Of a DNA stretch of 64,000 bases, positions 13,231-26,536 are shown piece by piece. Source of the DNA: Dudresnaya verticillata. Its lineage: Eukaryota. The stretch lies in the NCBI GenBank assembly GCA_977862235.1, contig OZ374560.1, positions 930,001-994,000 of the forward strand. Reading direction: 5' to 3'. The translations under genes and the position numbers were made by a program. Every line of letters starts with the position of its first letter. The stretch's first letter is position 1. A model generated the notes under the pieces. The model was not told the origin of the DNA, made no database searches, and worked only from the letters and a program-made list of their open reading frames with translations.

Positions 13231-13885
13231 GCAGCGCTCGCCCAAAGCGCAAGTAGAAAGGGAAAGAAAACCCCCAAAAGAAGCACGTCGAGGACGGTAG
13301 CAGACGTGGAAGCGCGGGTAGGCGGACGCTTAGGCCTTCGGGTAGCGGTCGAATGCGCGTGACGCAAAAGGGGAAGTCCAGACCGAAACCGGCTTACCGG
13401 GCGTTTACTGTTACGTCCTAAAAAGAGGTACCTAAGGCATGCTATGGGGCCATGGCCCGGCGGCTGCATGACGTAGTGCGCGGGAACCCGGGACGCGTGT
13501 CGTGTAGAGATGCGTCTGACACATCCCGGGGCGGCGTAGCCGCTGTACGCCGCCGTGCGTGTCTTACAGAAGCGCGCTTGCCCGGTACTGTAGCCGATCC
13601 GGATCCCGATCCCGATTGACGGCAGTACTACAGGCGCGCCTTCATTAAATCGGATCCCGATGTCCGATCCGGATGTCGGATCCGGATTCAATCAAGATTG
13701 GGGCCAAACTCACAGTCGAGCACCTTACACCGCGTTGATCCCGATGCGTCATCCAGATCCGCTCCACAGCGTTGTGCCGTACAGTGCGTCGTGCGCGCGT
13801 GGTACGGGGTATGGCGCCCGCGCGTCGGTAGGCCAATCGTCGATGACGTGTTCGCGCCAACGGCGAATGAGCCGTTTCAGGCGAC
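13230..13885 (-). mobile_element. Truncated LTR related to family A
   Basis: Reverse-complement similarity to ~2740-3400, including the GATCC-rich block; termini missing; boundaries approximate. Confidence 0.7.
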
Positions 13886-14499
13886 CGCCCGTTGGTCGAT
13901 GCGGTCTTGATACGCCCATGGCGAGCAAATAGAAGCCCTGACCCCGTGTGCCAGAGAGGTGGCGCAAGGGTTCGGTATCCTGGTCTTGGCGAGGGTGGAG
14001 CTATCTGCGGGAGTCTCGGCATGTCCACTGGGTGGTTCAACACTCCTTAAAATTGGAACTGGGTATTTCTGCCAAGGCCGGCCCCAAATTTTGAGGAGAC
14101 CCTCTCGATGGCCCTGCTCCGCGTTCTGAAGATGCATAGTCGTGATGTTCCGTACGGTTTTTCCCGTGTGTGAAAGTTGGCAGGTGCCTTGTGGTAGTTA
14201 ATCATGCCTTTTGTTCACGAAAAGCTGATAAAGCTGCTGGCGTTTTAAAGCCTCGAATGACGGTTCATCCGTAAGATCCAGATGTGGACAACTAGGCCTT
14301 TTGTGATCCACGCCAAGAGACTCGAAGCAGATTTCGATTGGGATGTGTTCGATAGCCACCCATCCCGGACGTTGAGTCTCTTAGGTTGTGCCCAAGCGGG
14401 TATTCGGTGATTGTAGTTCTGAATAACTGCATCCACTTAACCGTAATACGGTTGGTCCCTTGGTGTACCAGACCACGCATCTGATTGGGTCACCGTAGA

Positions 14500-17390
14500 C
14501 GGAGGTGCCTTGTTATCAATGGCTGCAACGACAGATTCTTCCGTGTCCGCTTCAGAGCTACTGCTCTTTGAGCTGTCCGAATCCAAGGACCTTCGAGTCC
14601 CATTTTGGTTTCGCGAATGAGGAGCGCGTGTCCTGACTTATTTTTCTTCACTCTTGCTAGAGTCTTACGAGCGATGAGCTCGCTTTCTTGAGATGTTCGC
14701 CACCCGCTAGGGCGCGGTGCAAATATCCCTGCGCTGTCGTCAGCTTAACGTTGTCCGCCAATCGCCCGGAGCGAGGGTCCAGTAAGGACAACCTTAGAAG
14801 CGGTTTGACCGCTGGTAGCAATCCGCGTATAAAACGCGTTATGAAATCGTGTTCCGAGTAAACCACAGCGACTTCTCGTACTTTGTTTTGCAGACGTCTT
14901 AAAAACGTGACTTCATCTTCATCTGACTCTTGAGTCATCACGTCCATTTCAGAATAAATCTTCTCGATGTAGACATCCTTGGCGTATGTACGCAAAAGAA
15001 AATTGAGGGCTTCCGGCCATTCGTTGAATTCACCGTTGTCGTCTCCTTCCGCGTTAAAGTTCACCTCGAACAAATCTTTTGCATCCTTTTCAAGGAACTC
15101 TGTTATGACCAGGATGCCAGCGCCTTGGCTCTTGAGCTGGATCAAGTTGTCGTTTCAAGATTTCTAGAAGCTCAATTATTGCAACTGTGTCACTCCTATC
15201 GAACTTGCGGCTCCTCAATACGGATTTAATCCGTTTAATTATTTGAAGTGGCTTCCGTAACCTCGGGTACACGATAAGAATCGACATTCAACCACCGGTA
15301 TATCCGGTACGAAAGGAACTGTATAAAAGCAGAAATTTGGGGAGTTAACTCTTTGCGCCCCGCTCAACATGGCCCTCACCAGGAGCTCCAAGAAGGTCTT
15401 GAAAGGTCTCTAGACGTTTGCGCGTCCTCACCCGATTGCATCGACGCTAGGTATGAAGCGTTTCGACCTTGCCCTCCATCATGGCAGCTTGAAATCCGGT
15501 CTTGAGGGTAGTCCCATTGGTTACGGCATACGATGGGACCGTACGATGATCGACAATCACACCCGGGGTGTGTGGACTTCCTAAACCAAAGTCTTGCTGC
15601 CCATAATCCCCGTCCGAGACACGTCTCGGAGACATCCTGCGACGGTCCCTTGTACCATGGGTACGGGGGAGCGTCGGCGCTCGACCTCAGGGATTAGATC
15701 CCTATCGCGACTGAATCGCCGCATCTTTGCTTTTTGCAACGTTACCTTGCGCTTTTCTGCATCAATCTCTTTTCTTAAAAGCTCGATAGATCTGTGTTAT
15801 TTGAGACACCGGGTGCCATCCTCGTTTCTACGAACGTCTTCAGTAGCCATTACGGCTTCTTCTCGTGTCAGGTCGGTGACCTTTGTAAGAGCATGGGGAT
15901 TTCCATAGACGGTGTCCAACTGGTCGCCCAGAATTCACTTGTGTTTGAAGGGTTTCGACCCTTTCTTCTTCTAATCCTCTTGAAAGAGGGCCTTGTCGGA
16001 ATCGATACTCGATCTCTTGTTGACAGTTAGCCATAAGGCGATCGTCACGGCGCGCTGACGCCTCGTATATATCTTGACTTTTGAAAAGGTATCATCGACT
16101 TGGCTTTTCAGGAGTGCCACGGCGATGATCGTTAATGACCGTTCGATTCCCAATTCGACTAGGTGTCCTATTTCATGTTCATTCAAGCTGCAGATCTACG
16201 AAGAATTGCAATTCGTTCTTGCCTACAACCCGACGCCCAGGATTGCCGATTCTTCTTCTTCTTCGTCTCGTCCGCCAATGGCTTGGAAACTGGCTAGCGC
16301 CATATGTGGCGGTATCATTCCAGTTTTCGAACCGGTATTCTCCCCGATGTCGACGGGGTGTTTTCGACGGTTCGAAACGTATTTTCTCCTTCCGGGACCT
16401 GATACCTACCTGGTCCAAGTAATTCTTCTCCAGCCGCGGTGTCCGTCATACCTGGCTGGCGTCCCGGTCCATCCGTTCTGGATTTCTTGTAAGAGCGGTT
16501 TAAACCGCACTGGTGCAAGACCCAATCGTCCTTACGGATGCAAGACTGCCAGTCCGGCTAGCTCCCCGGCGCGCCAACCCGGGCCAGGTAGTGTCACCAT
16601 TATACGTTGGCATCAACTTTATCTCGCCTCAGCCGCAAATATAGCGGGGAAGTGTTCCCGGGCTTCTTGACGGTTCCGAACCGTAATGTTACAATATTTT
16701 CGCAGGTTAGACGGTAAACCTGTTGCAGTCGGCTCAACCCAGGCACTACTCCGCCGTTGAGGCGTACTTCGAGGGATGGTTTAAAACCACCAATTGTAGA
16801 TTGTTTGCTCCTAAGATTTAACGCCTCTCCGGAGCTTGGTATAAAGCGTAGAAACTGTCGAAAATTAGACGACTACGGGTTTACCCTTCGGTACGAAGAA
16901 GGGTTGATTCTTGAACGGACTCTCTGTCCTGGCTTGAATATCTTGATTCGAACCGTCGTTGGTAAGGTAGAAAAAGAGGTCTGACCCTGAGAACTTTTTC
17001 TAGGTCGGGAGACCACTGTAGTAAAATGGCTTTCAAGCCAGACGAAAATGGCCACACAGCACTAAAGCTGTCCTAAGAGCTTGATCCCACTCGCGTGGTA
17101 GGTAGCTCGGTAAGGGGGATGGTAGAGACTTGAAAAGGCTGGAAGCGCTTACAATGGGGGAAACGGAAGGCGAACCGTACTGCTTAGAGCAGTCATTGTG
17201 GGTGGGACGGCTTGTAGAGGCCTAAACGAGATTGCAGCGGTGGCACCGTTAGAGCCCAAAAAAAGGGGAAACCCCGAAGGCAAACACCGCTGCCCGTTTA
17301 GTGCGTGGCCTCTGCTACTCTGGAGCCTAATAAATACGGTGAGAACGGGAAAGGTACTACCCACTCAGTTAGAGCTATAATACTGACAGT
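14500..17390 (-). mobile_element. Degraded Ty3/Gypsy 5' part: partial LTR (17017-~17390), PBS and gag
   Basis: LTR end at 17017 next to PBS 16998-17015 (TGGTCTCCCGACCTAGAA on minus); gag fragment WPEALNFLLRTYAKD..FIRGLLP is homologous to YTEVVNVLLRTYATD..FVEGLLP in the gag at 34111-36699. Confidence 0.8.
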
Positions 17391-17399
17391 GAACTAATA

Positions 17400-20300
17400 C
17401 TGGGGAAATGAAGGTAGACCCTGTGCGTGGTGCATCATTCTGTGTTTCATTCCGAACATTTTTCATAGGCGAACAGAGTTTCCTGCTCTGTACGTTCTAG
17501 CTCCACCGTTTGAATCGTGGAGTTATTCACTCTTAGTGCATCATTATAAGGGTACCGCCATGTCTCATCGTCAATCTTAAGGGTATCTTCAGCACTATCG
17601 TCATAATCTATATCATACGTATGCTCTTCATTAACTGCAGCAACTGTACCGGGGTAGAAACGTTCATCAAGAGGCCAGTAAACCTCTATTGAATCACCAA
17701 CTCCGAGTGGAGTAGATGAGATATCTTCTTGACCATTCTCGTAATTTTCCGCATCGTAGCTTTTATGAATAAATGGTATGGTATAGTATCTGATTCGATA
17801 TAGTTTTGATTTTCATTAGTTGCATCAATGGAATCTTCAACAGTGATGTTTATTGCGTCAATTGCTTCTTGAATTGTGGCAGCGAGAGAATTTTCCGTCA
17901 TAGCTGCTCTGACGCCTTCCCGTGCTGCAGACACTGGCACAAAAACGGAACGTTACTTTCTTATCAGTAACAGTGATGGTACCGGAGGCGTTATCTACGG
18001 ATATAACAGTGCATGGTGTGGACCACTTGCCTCTTTTCTCATGCTGATGTTTGCCGAAAATCTGAACAATGTCTGTAACATTGATAGGCAGCTCTGTTAC
18101 TGCCTTGAACCGTAGAATACTCGTTAGCTTGCGCTTGGCGACGAGTTCGTCGTGAGCATCCATGAGGTATTGAGGGACTCGGACGAGGAATGGACAAGCA
18201 GCAATTGGCCGGGTGTAACCTTTAGTCAACTCATGTGCAGAACAAACATCGGTTCCGTACAGATCGTTCGAAATGCGCAATGCTTGCTGTATGAGTGTAG
18301 TATAGCTGTGAGCTCACTGTCAGCAGCGACTGTAATGGGGCGACAGCTGAGCACTGTAATAGTGCGCACGACAACGCCCGCTAGCGAGTCGTATTTGGGC
18401 AGCGAGCCCGTTAGTTTTTTCGTTGATTTGAGCGGCGGTCGATCCGGTCGATCGCCTTACTGTCGGCAGTGGCCGCGCCGTATACGGCGCGCCCCCGTAG
18501 CGCTCTCCCGCACAGAGCTGTTGAGAGGGCCACTGCCCGTTACGTCCTGCTCGCGCCCACGGGTACCCGTGATCCAGACGTTTCGACACGTGCATGGGCG
18601 CGCGCACGAGCTCCTCCCGTGTTGCTGCCGCAGTATCACATTCGGCGTAGGAGTAGCCGTAGCTGTTCATAGTGTAGAGTATTTAAGATCGTCTGCCATC
18701 GGCGGCTCAGTAAACCGGGGAAGCAACGGCTCACGCTGAACCTTGCTTTCAGCCTTTCGGGTCCAATCCCTTTCCTCTACTCCAGCGGGTTGTTATCCTT
18801 TTTCCCTTGTCTCGCTAGGTTTCTCTCTTCCTTTTCCTCTCCTTCGGCTTCGTGCCGCCCTTCTACAGGGAAGTTGGGATCCGGCCACTGCCTACCCGCG
18901 TACGGTACGCCCCGTGCGCGCTCCGGCCTCGACGCCGTTGATCGCTACCCGTGGGCGCACGCGGTCGACACTTCTCTACCACGCCAAGCTACCCATCAAC
19001 GGTTCTGTGTAAAGGCTTCGGACCAGTGAGTATCAGACGTCGGATCGACCCGGCGTCTATACTACAATGAGTAGCGTTTGGTCATCAACGGTGCAAGTCG
19101 GCATCTCACGCTTCAAGCGTAGGTACATATCGCAAATAGCCTTGTGCTTGAACTCAATCGCATTCTGGTTTTGCCGCCGTTCGGGCGTTGGGCGTCACTG
19201 GATGTCCTTTTTGAAATGGACCGCAAATATCGCATTTTTGAATGCGGGTTCATATACAATAGACGAAGGCACACAGAACTGAAACGTCCACTGGGCTTCA
19301 AGGACCAGGATTGCTGAATTCATAGAGGTATCTGACGCAACATCGCCGGCAGAGTAACGTGTCACAGAATCCATCACATGAAGCACCCTATGATCATCAA
19401 GGTGTAAATGGTCGATGAAAATGGGTGCATTGAACTCGCTGCTAATCGTCTTTAGAGAGACTTTGCGAGTGGCGGTAGGTTTGGATGTCGTTTCACAGCT
19501 TGGACATTTCTCTGTAAGGCGACGAAGATATTTCTGAATCTCATCATCTCAAAGCCCATTTCGCTCGAGCAATACCTTAATTTCTGAGTAATTCTAGTGT
19601 CCACAAACATGAGCGTGCACATTGTCGATCACTTTCTTCATCTGACCCCAAGGGCGATTTGTATTAGTATCTGATACTGTAGCTCTAGCATAAATTATCT
19701 TGTTGATCATTTCCGGTGAACCGTACAGGTCTCCATGAACAAATATGCTGCATGGGATGTGACTGTGAAAGTTAGCATCAATAAGGGAAAATGAATCCAG
19801 GACTCCGGGAGTACAATCTTGTTTTGCCCCTTTTGTAAGATATCAAAGTATTTGGTCAAATTACGGCCAACAACCCATTTCGATGAGCCTTCTATAATCA
19901 GATATCGTATGAATACAACTCCTTTCTGGTCAGTACCGGCCTTCAGAATAACAGAACCAGGTATCTTCCTCGAGTCAGTGCAGTGCTGACCGCTAGCGTA
20001 TTGCCAGATTGCCAAACGGGAGTGGTTGTATCTCCTCAGGTATCGGTACCAGGTTTCCATCCCATGCCGGAACAATCATAGGCTGAAAGAGAAGGAACTC
20101 GTCAACCCCATACAGCTGTATGGTGCCCCATCATCTCGTAGTGGGCCAAAGAAATCTTTCGTAAATGAAGGACTGCCTGTAAACGGGACCATGTTGAACC
20201 GAAGTGTCTTTCTGTGCTACGAGCCGGATGACAGCGGAGCAATTGCAGGTTCCGGGGAGGCCTTGTCCCCAGGCTTCAGAGAACCGTCTGAGTTGTGGTC

Positions 20301-21131
20301 TGTCTGCCAATGTCTATATTTATGGCACTGACGACATTTTGATCGACTTTTAAGGTCCGCAAGTTGCTGAGAAGTGAGGGTGCGTTTCCCTTTCCCAGGT
20401 TCTTTATGAGCGTTGGGGCGAAATGAACTATTTGTAGCGCTTAGAGCGGATAGTGTAGTGTGAGGACAGCCTACATCATGAGGTTTTGTCTGCTCACACT
20501 GGCACAACACCGAAGCAACAACTTCATAAGAAACTGAATCGAGGAACTGGTCTGTTGTAGCATCGGAACCTATTGAACGTTTCGAAGGAGATTCAGCAGC
20601 GAGTACAGAGACTCTTTGACTCGAATCTATGGCGGAATTGGCAAGTAACATGAACGCTGTTAACGCATCGGGTAACTTTGTACTTGATGAATTGGCCTTG
20701 ACCTTAAATACTTGCGCATCAAAGTGGGACTCAAAGTTCTTAAAACGCTCCATTTAACCACGTTTGGTATTGAGAATCGATAAAAATCATGGCAGACCTC
20801 AATCAGTACTGTGAGTGCGTCACGCCTGTATATTGCCTTAACAATGGCGTCCGAGCCGCCATCAGATTGTATCGTAGCATCCGGAATTGGTTTACAGAGA
20901 TCCCGAGCTCTGCTATAAAGATGGGTTTATAACATTACCCCACGGAGACTAGAAGGTATCTTGTTATAATTAGACTTCGGTAACGTATCATGGAAAGCGC
21001 TCCATTGAGAAACAGAATGACTTCATTCTTATTCGTTGCCTTTGCCATCAGCCCAGGGCACTTTTTTAATGCCCCAGGAGAAAAGAGGGAGGTTAGGCTG
21101 AGAATCTTTACCAGGCGTTGGGCCTATAACT
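17400..21131 (-). mobile_element. Decayed Ty1/Copia 5' half: PBS, gag (zinc knuckle), protease, integrase, Tudor-like domain
   Basis: CRQCHKYRHW knuckle (20217-20753 ORF), DDGAPYS protease motif (~20110-20140), HAHVCGH..CPSC integrase zinc finger (~19490-19630), LHVMDSVTRYS core, Tudor-like segment 17552-17704; interrupted by solo LTR 18296-19066. Confidence 0.85.
18296..19066 (+). mobile_element. Solo LTR, family B
   Basis: TGTAGTATAG...CTATACTACA termini; TSD ATGAG (18291-18295, 19067-19071). Confidence 0.92.
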
Positions 21132-21357
21132 TGTAGAAGAACGATAAAAAAGTTGATAGCTTTTAGCAAACAGGCAGTGGATGTTGATAGTCTTGGATAT
21201 GAATCTGTGTGATAGGAACTTCTAAGAGGTACATACTGATAGCAAACTAGAACAGTCTACATGTCTTGCTAGCGATCGCTAAGCAAATAAATCATTAATC
21301 AATGTGATTTATCGTCACACAATATGAACACATCCGTTCATCTGATTCAAAAATACA
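21132..21357 (-). mobile_element. Copia LTR (226 bp) shared between an upstream RT-RNase H half and a downstream gag-IN half
   Basis: On minus: PPT GAAGCAGAGAGGA, then TGTA...TACA, then AGTTATAGGCCCAACG (resembles the Drosophila copia half-tRNAiMet PBS GGTTATGGGCCCA). Confidence 0.7.
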
Positions 21358-21399
21358 TACTCCTCTCTGCTTCTTTAATGGAAGTCAACCAGTGAACTG

Positions 21400-23253
21400 A
21401 TTTGATTGTCTTGTAATTGCATCGCCCAGATCAATAGACAGTGAGCTGGAAAACATTGTGAGCTGTAGAGCTTGAGTAAGAGGGCTGTTGGTCTTGGTCA
21501 GAGGGTCAGTTAAGTTGATCTTTCCTGGAACTCAGACCATTCTGGTGACATTTTGTGTTTCGAACTCGTATATGATAATGTGGAGGTCATCTCGAAAGGA
21601 CCTGTCAATCGAATTGCGACAAGTCGACAATGTCGTGAATAAGTCTTTGGAGTCGACAACAATATTGAGTTCGATCTGCATATCAAGTAGTAAGCTGATA
21701 GCTTTGCACAACATATTGGGTTCATCTATAGCTTCACCGACAGCAAGAATCTCAGCTGCTCCAATAGACTCGACAGGCCTTTTTGTCTTATGAGAGGACC
21801 ATGATAAGGTATGAAATATAGAACCAAGCTCAAATTCCCTGAGCAGAAACCCGGGCACATATCCAAGTTGCCAATAGTCTTCTGAGCGGCTCGCATCAAA
21901 GAAAACAACAACGGAGAGCCCGTAACAGCTGTTGTCTGTGGGGTGCCTATATTTAATTGTCGTGCCCAAGTTCTGCAGTAGACGAAGCGAATTGACCTGG
22001 GTTACAATATCACCAACCGTTGGAATGGAAGCTTTCTGCTACAAGGAGATTACGTAGAATGCACAGAACGGAGAAGCCGAAATCCCCAGCCAACCAATAG
22101 AGCTGTTAGCAGAGTGGAAGGCACTATTTTAAATCGCATTCAGTTTACTCTGCGAACTGCTGGCTTCTGATCCTGTCCATAGGATACGATTTAAGGGCTT
22201 CAAAATTATCATCAGCGTGAATAGAGATGGAGAAATCATTGTCTTTGGCCATATGTACCCCGTAGAATGGTAATGCTCCTGGAGCATAGAATACTGTACC
22301 AAGCTTGTAAGTAGCCTCAATTTTCGATATGATCTTCTTCAGCTTCTGAAGGTGCCCAGCAAATATAATATCGTCCACAATATTAGCTAAAGGGACTTGT
22401 AGCCCACCCGTCTCACTCTTCTAGAACAACTGCGGAACGTATATGAGCTGCAGAAAGCCCAGAGATCTCAGGAATACATCACTTTGCTGTTGTCACCTCG
22501 CTACTCGTTTGCGTTCACTACACCATACGATGCAGTGCGCAATAGCCAATAGTGGGAGCGATCATTACTTTCGCGAGGGGTATCACGTAAACATCGCGTT
22601 TGGCATCACCGGTTCGCAGAAATGCGGCTGTAAAGTCGATTTCTGCCGGGCTCCACTTGAACATTCTGGCAATAGACAATAGTATTCGAATTCCGAGGGG
22701 AGCACACGTTGGCATGTCAGTCTTCAGTTTGTGCCTCTCCTTATCTTTGTCACCATGTGTCGCCATACGGGCCTTCATATTCTTGGTTCCATCATCGTTA
22801 GTTTTAACTTTGTAGATAAAATGGGTTGTTATTATATTAGCATCTTTCGGAACATTAGAGACAGGAACCAATGTAACAGTCTTCTTGAAACCGCCCTCTT
22901 CTTTTAAGAAGGCATTTATAAGGGGAAGTAATTGTAGACCTCGTGCGTGGTGCATCATATAGTCTTTCATTCCGAACATTTTTCATAGGCGAACAGAGTT
23001 TCCTGCTCTGTAAGTCTTAGCTCCGTCGTTTGAATCGTGGTGGTATTCACTGTTAGTGCATCATTGGAAGGGTAGCACCATCTCTCGTCGCCAAGATTTA
23101 GGGTATCTTAATCACCATCATCATACTCAATATCATACGTATGCTCTTCATTAACCGAAGCAACTGTAACGGGGTAGAAGCGTTCATCAAGAGGCCAGGA
23201 AACCTCTATTGAATCGCCAACACCAGGTGGAGTAGATAAGATATCTTCTTGAC
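21400..23253 (-). mobile_element. Decayed Ty1/Copia 3' half: Tudor-like domain, reverse transcriptase, RNase H
   Basis: IYKVKTNDDGTKNMKARMATHG, IDFTAAFL, VDDII, FFDAS, SWSSHKTKRPVESIGAAE, VVDSKDL motifs; many stops. Confidence 0.88.
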
Positions 23254-25600
23254 TTTAGTATAGCTGTCAGTACCCGATCAGCATCGACTGTAAGGGCTTG
23301 CGTAGCCACACACTGTAATGGTGTACTCGACGACGCCCGCTGGCGAGTCGTATTTGGACAGCTTGCCCTGTAGTTTTTTGGTTGATTTTAGCGGCGGTAG
23401 ATCGTCTTACTGTCGGCAGCAGCCGCGCGCTGTGCCGCACACGGCGCGCGACAATGGCGCTCTCCAGCACTGAGCCGTTGAGAGGCCGCTGCCCAGTACG
23501 CCCTGCGCGCGCCCACGGGTAGCCGTTACTCGGGCGACTCGACACGTGTATGGGCGCGCGGACGCGCACCTCCCGTGTTGGTGCTGCAGGGGCGCATTCG
23601 GCGTAGGAGTAGCCGTACCTGTATATAGTGTAGAGTATTTAAAGCCGTCTGCCAACGACGGCTCAGTAAACTGGGGAAGCAACAGCTCAAACTGAAGCTA
23701 TACCCCAACCTTTCGGGTTCGATCCCTTTCCTCTACGCCAGCGGACGGTTCTCCTTTTCCCTTGCCTCGATAGCATTCTCTCTTCCTTTTCCTTTCCGTC
23801 GGCTTCGTACCGCCCTTCGACAGGGACGCTGGGATCCGGACGCTGCCTTCCGGCGTACGGTACTCCCCGTGCGCGCTCCGGCATTGACACCGTTGATCTC
23901 CACCCGCGGGGCGCACGCGGCAGACACCGTTCTACCATACCAAGGTAACCATCGACGGGTCTGTGTGACGGCTTCGGACCAGTGAGTATCAGACGTCGGA
24001 TCCACCCGACGTCTGTACTACACTAGTATCCCGACGTAGAAGTCGTCGAGACCCTAGTACTTCTGCCATCAACGCGATCGAAGTAAAGGATGTCGAATCC
24101 TCCTGGTCCGGCCGCTGCCGCTTCGGCCGCTGCCAGTAAAGTTGTGGATGCGTCGTGTCGCATCTCAATACTGAGTACAATCGGCATCTCAGGTACTCCT
24201 TTACAAGATTTGAGGCTCGAGCGGAGGGCCGCATTACAGAAGACCCTCCCCGGGAATTTGGCCTCAGTGCCCGACCTCCAGCTCTTTTATGAGGAGACCA
24301 TGGACTCGCTAGCCGAGGTGTACCACGACCTCACGGTTACGATAGCTGCAGAGAGGGCCGACTGTCATTAAGACGTGCACACGCTTCGACGTGGTCCCTT
24401 GGCGTCCATCGAGGACGGAATAACCCGGTTACAAGGGCTTGTCGATGAGCTCCACCGCGTTGATTTGAGAGAGCGCGCTCTGACGCGGCAACGCTAGCGG
24501 GCTACGAGCCCCTTGCCTGCGCAGCGCTCTCTTGCGCGACCGCAGCCAGAAGGGGGTGCAGTGCGAGATCTGGCCACTGCCATCCTTGCCGAGCAGCGAG
24601 CTCGCCAACACCTCCCTTCACCACCACCGTCTCCACTGAGGAGTGCACAGGGGTCATACAACGGGAGTAGGGACCCAATCCTTTTCATGTGGTCGACCCC
24701 AGGTTGCTCCAGCAATCCCTCGACGGGAACAAGACAGTGGAGAGGACCGATCCCGCTAAGAACGAGGGACCCGTCTCTGCCTACTGGCATTGGGGCCCAC
24801 TCATGGCAGGCATCAAGCCTTTAACCACACTGGTGCCAGAGTTCGAAGAGGCCATAGACTACCGCTAGTACCGTCTCGACGACATGAGACAGCGGAAAAA
24901 TCAACCGCAAGTGTGCAGCGGCAACACTGCGAATATTGTCAGCCGCATGAAGGCCCTGATGACCCGTCTCGACTGATTCGATCGCAAGGAGCCGATCCGC
25001 CTTCTTGGCGTGCTTTTCCAACTACGTCAAGCATTTAACGGCGTTGAACTACCCAGAAGGGCAGTGGACGCGAGGCAGCAGCTTCGCGAAGCTAAGCACA
25101 GCGGCGCATGAGTGCTATGCCAAAAGCCACACGTACCCACCAACAGAAGAGGAGCGGCACATGAATGCCGGAATGGCAGTAGCCTTGCCGCACACTTTGA
25201 GCCCCTCGTCAGACGCCCGCTGTCGCAGCGGCTCCGCAACGCAATTGGGTTCAACGCCCTGGCACACACAGCAACCCGCTTGGAGCAGCTGCCCACATAA
25301 GTGGATTACGTCGCTGACGACGGCTGGCATCAAAAGTTCGCATGGACGCGGGCCGAAGCCATATCCCACCCTTTTCCCTTTAAACATATCTATAGATGCA
25401 GCGGCTTAACTCAACTAAGTGGCGCAGCTGCGCTCTAAGTTAGGGGCGTGCAGCCGCACCCCCGACACTGGTACGTCTATTGCACTACTATGCAACGTTG
25501 CACTCGACCCTGGCTCCAATTTTCCCAGTCGGCGATGACTGTAAGTCTGGCGCGGATGGGTTGTAACCCTCCAACTCAGCTGAGCGGCGATTTGAGTAGG
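23254..25600 (+). mobile_element. 5' LTR of family B (23254-24022), degenerate PBS and decayed gag region
   Basis: Homologous to 11967-13230; PBS TAGTATCCCGACGTAGAA at 24024-24041; 3' boundary uncertain. Confidence 0.75.
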
Positions 25601-26536
25601 CGCAGCGGCGCCCGCGACCGCGATTAGTGCTTGAGAAACCGCCGCGGCACGGGCAGCAGCATCAGCCAGCCCAGCGGAGCTCACTTGCCACACTGAGGGA
25701 TAATTTCCAAGCTGTGCGTGACCAGGGCCAGGCAGCACAGCAGCGCACGACGATGCGGCGAGAAGCCCTCGCCTTCTACCACCATCGACGAGGTATGCAC
25801 AGCAGGCCCCCACGAAATCAACTGGCCAGCGGGCCCCGTGGCGTAAGATGGCATCGGCTGCTGCGTCACTTGGCCTGGCGCCTATGACGGCATCGGTTCC
25901 TGTGTCGGTTCCAGGACCGGATGCGGCTTTCCAGAAGGACCAGCGGCCTGGTATGAGCCGGCAGCGCGCCGAATCTCTTCCCGAGACCGCTGCGCATCGT
26001 GCAAAAACCTGTCCTGCTCTGTGCGATATCGCAGGGCGACGGCGTCTGCAGCGCTAAGTTCTTCGTGCGTCCCCAAACGTTTGGCGCAAGAGCAGTAACG
26101 AGGGAGCGCAGCGGCGCGCCCTCACCAAGGCGCACTAGAGCAGCGTCGCGGCGCACATTCTGGAACAAGGCGTATGTCTTTGAGACGGACAGTCGAACAG
26201 AGCCAAAAGTTACACGCTGAGCCGTATAAGGGAGAAGCGTTCCTTCAGATGGACGAGCGGCGGAAGATCCAGAGACTGCGGACGATGAAGTTTTCCCCGC
26301 AACCCCAGCACCCACTTTTGCTATTGGTGCCGCGGGTGGCAACGTGCTCCTTTTTAAACGCTCCAGATGAGTGCGTACACCATCTGTTGAGGAAGAAGGG
26401 AATGGTAGACCTTCAAGACGTGGGAAGACAGGAGATGCGTGGATGAAGGAAATAGGGGATATTTTGGCGGATGCCAGAAGGTCTTCAGGTATTCGGGCCC
26501 CGGGTCTTTCACGCTGAAGCGCTCAATTGAGCGCCG

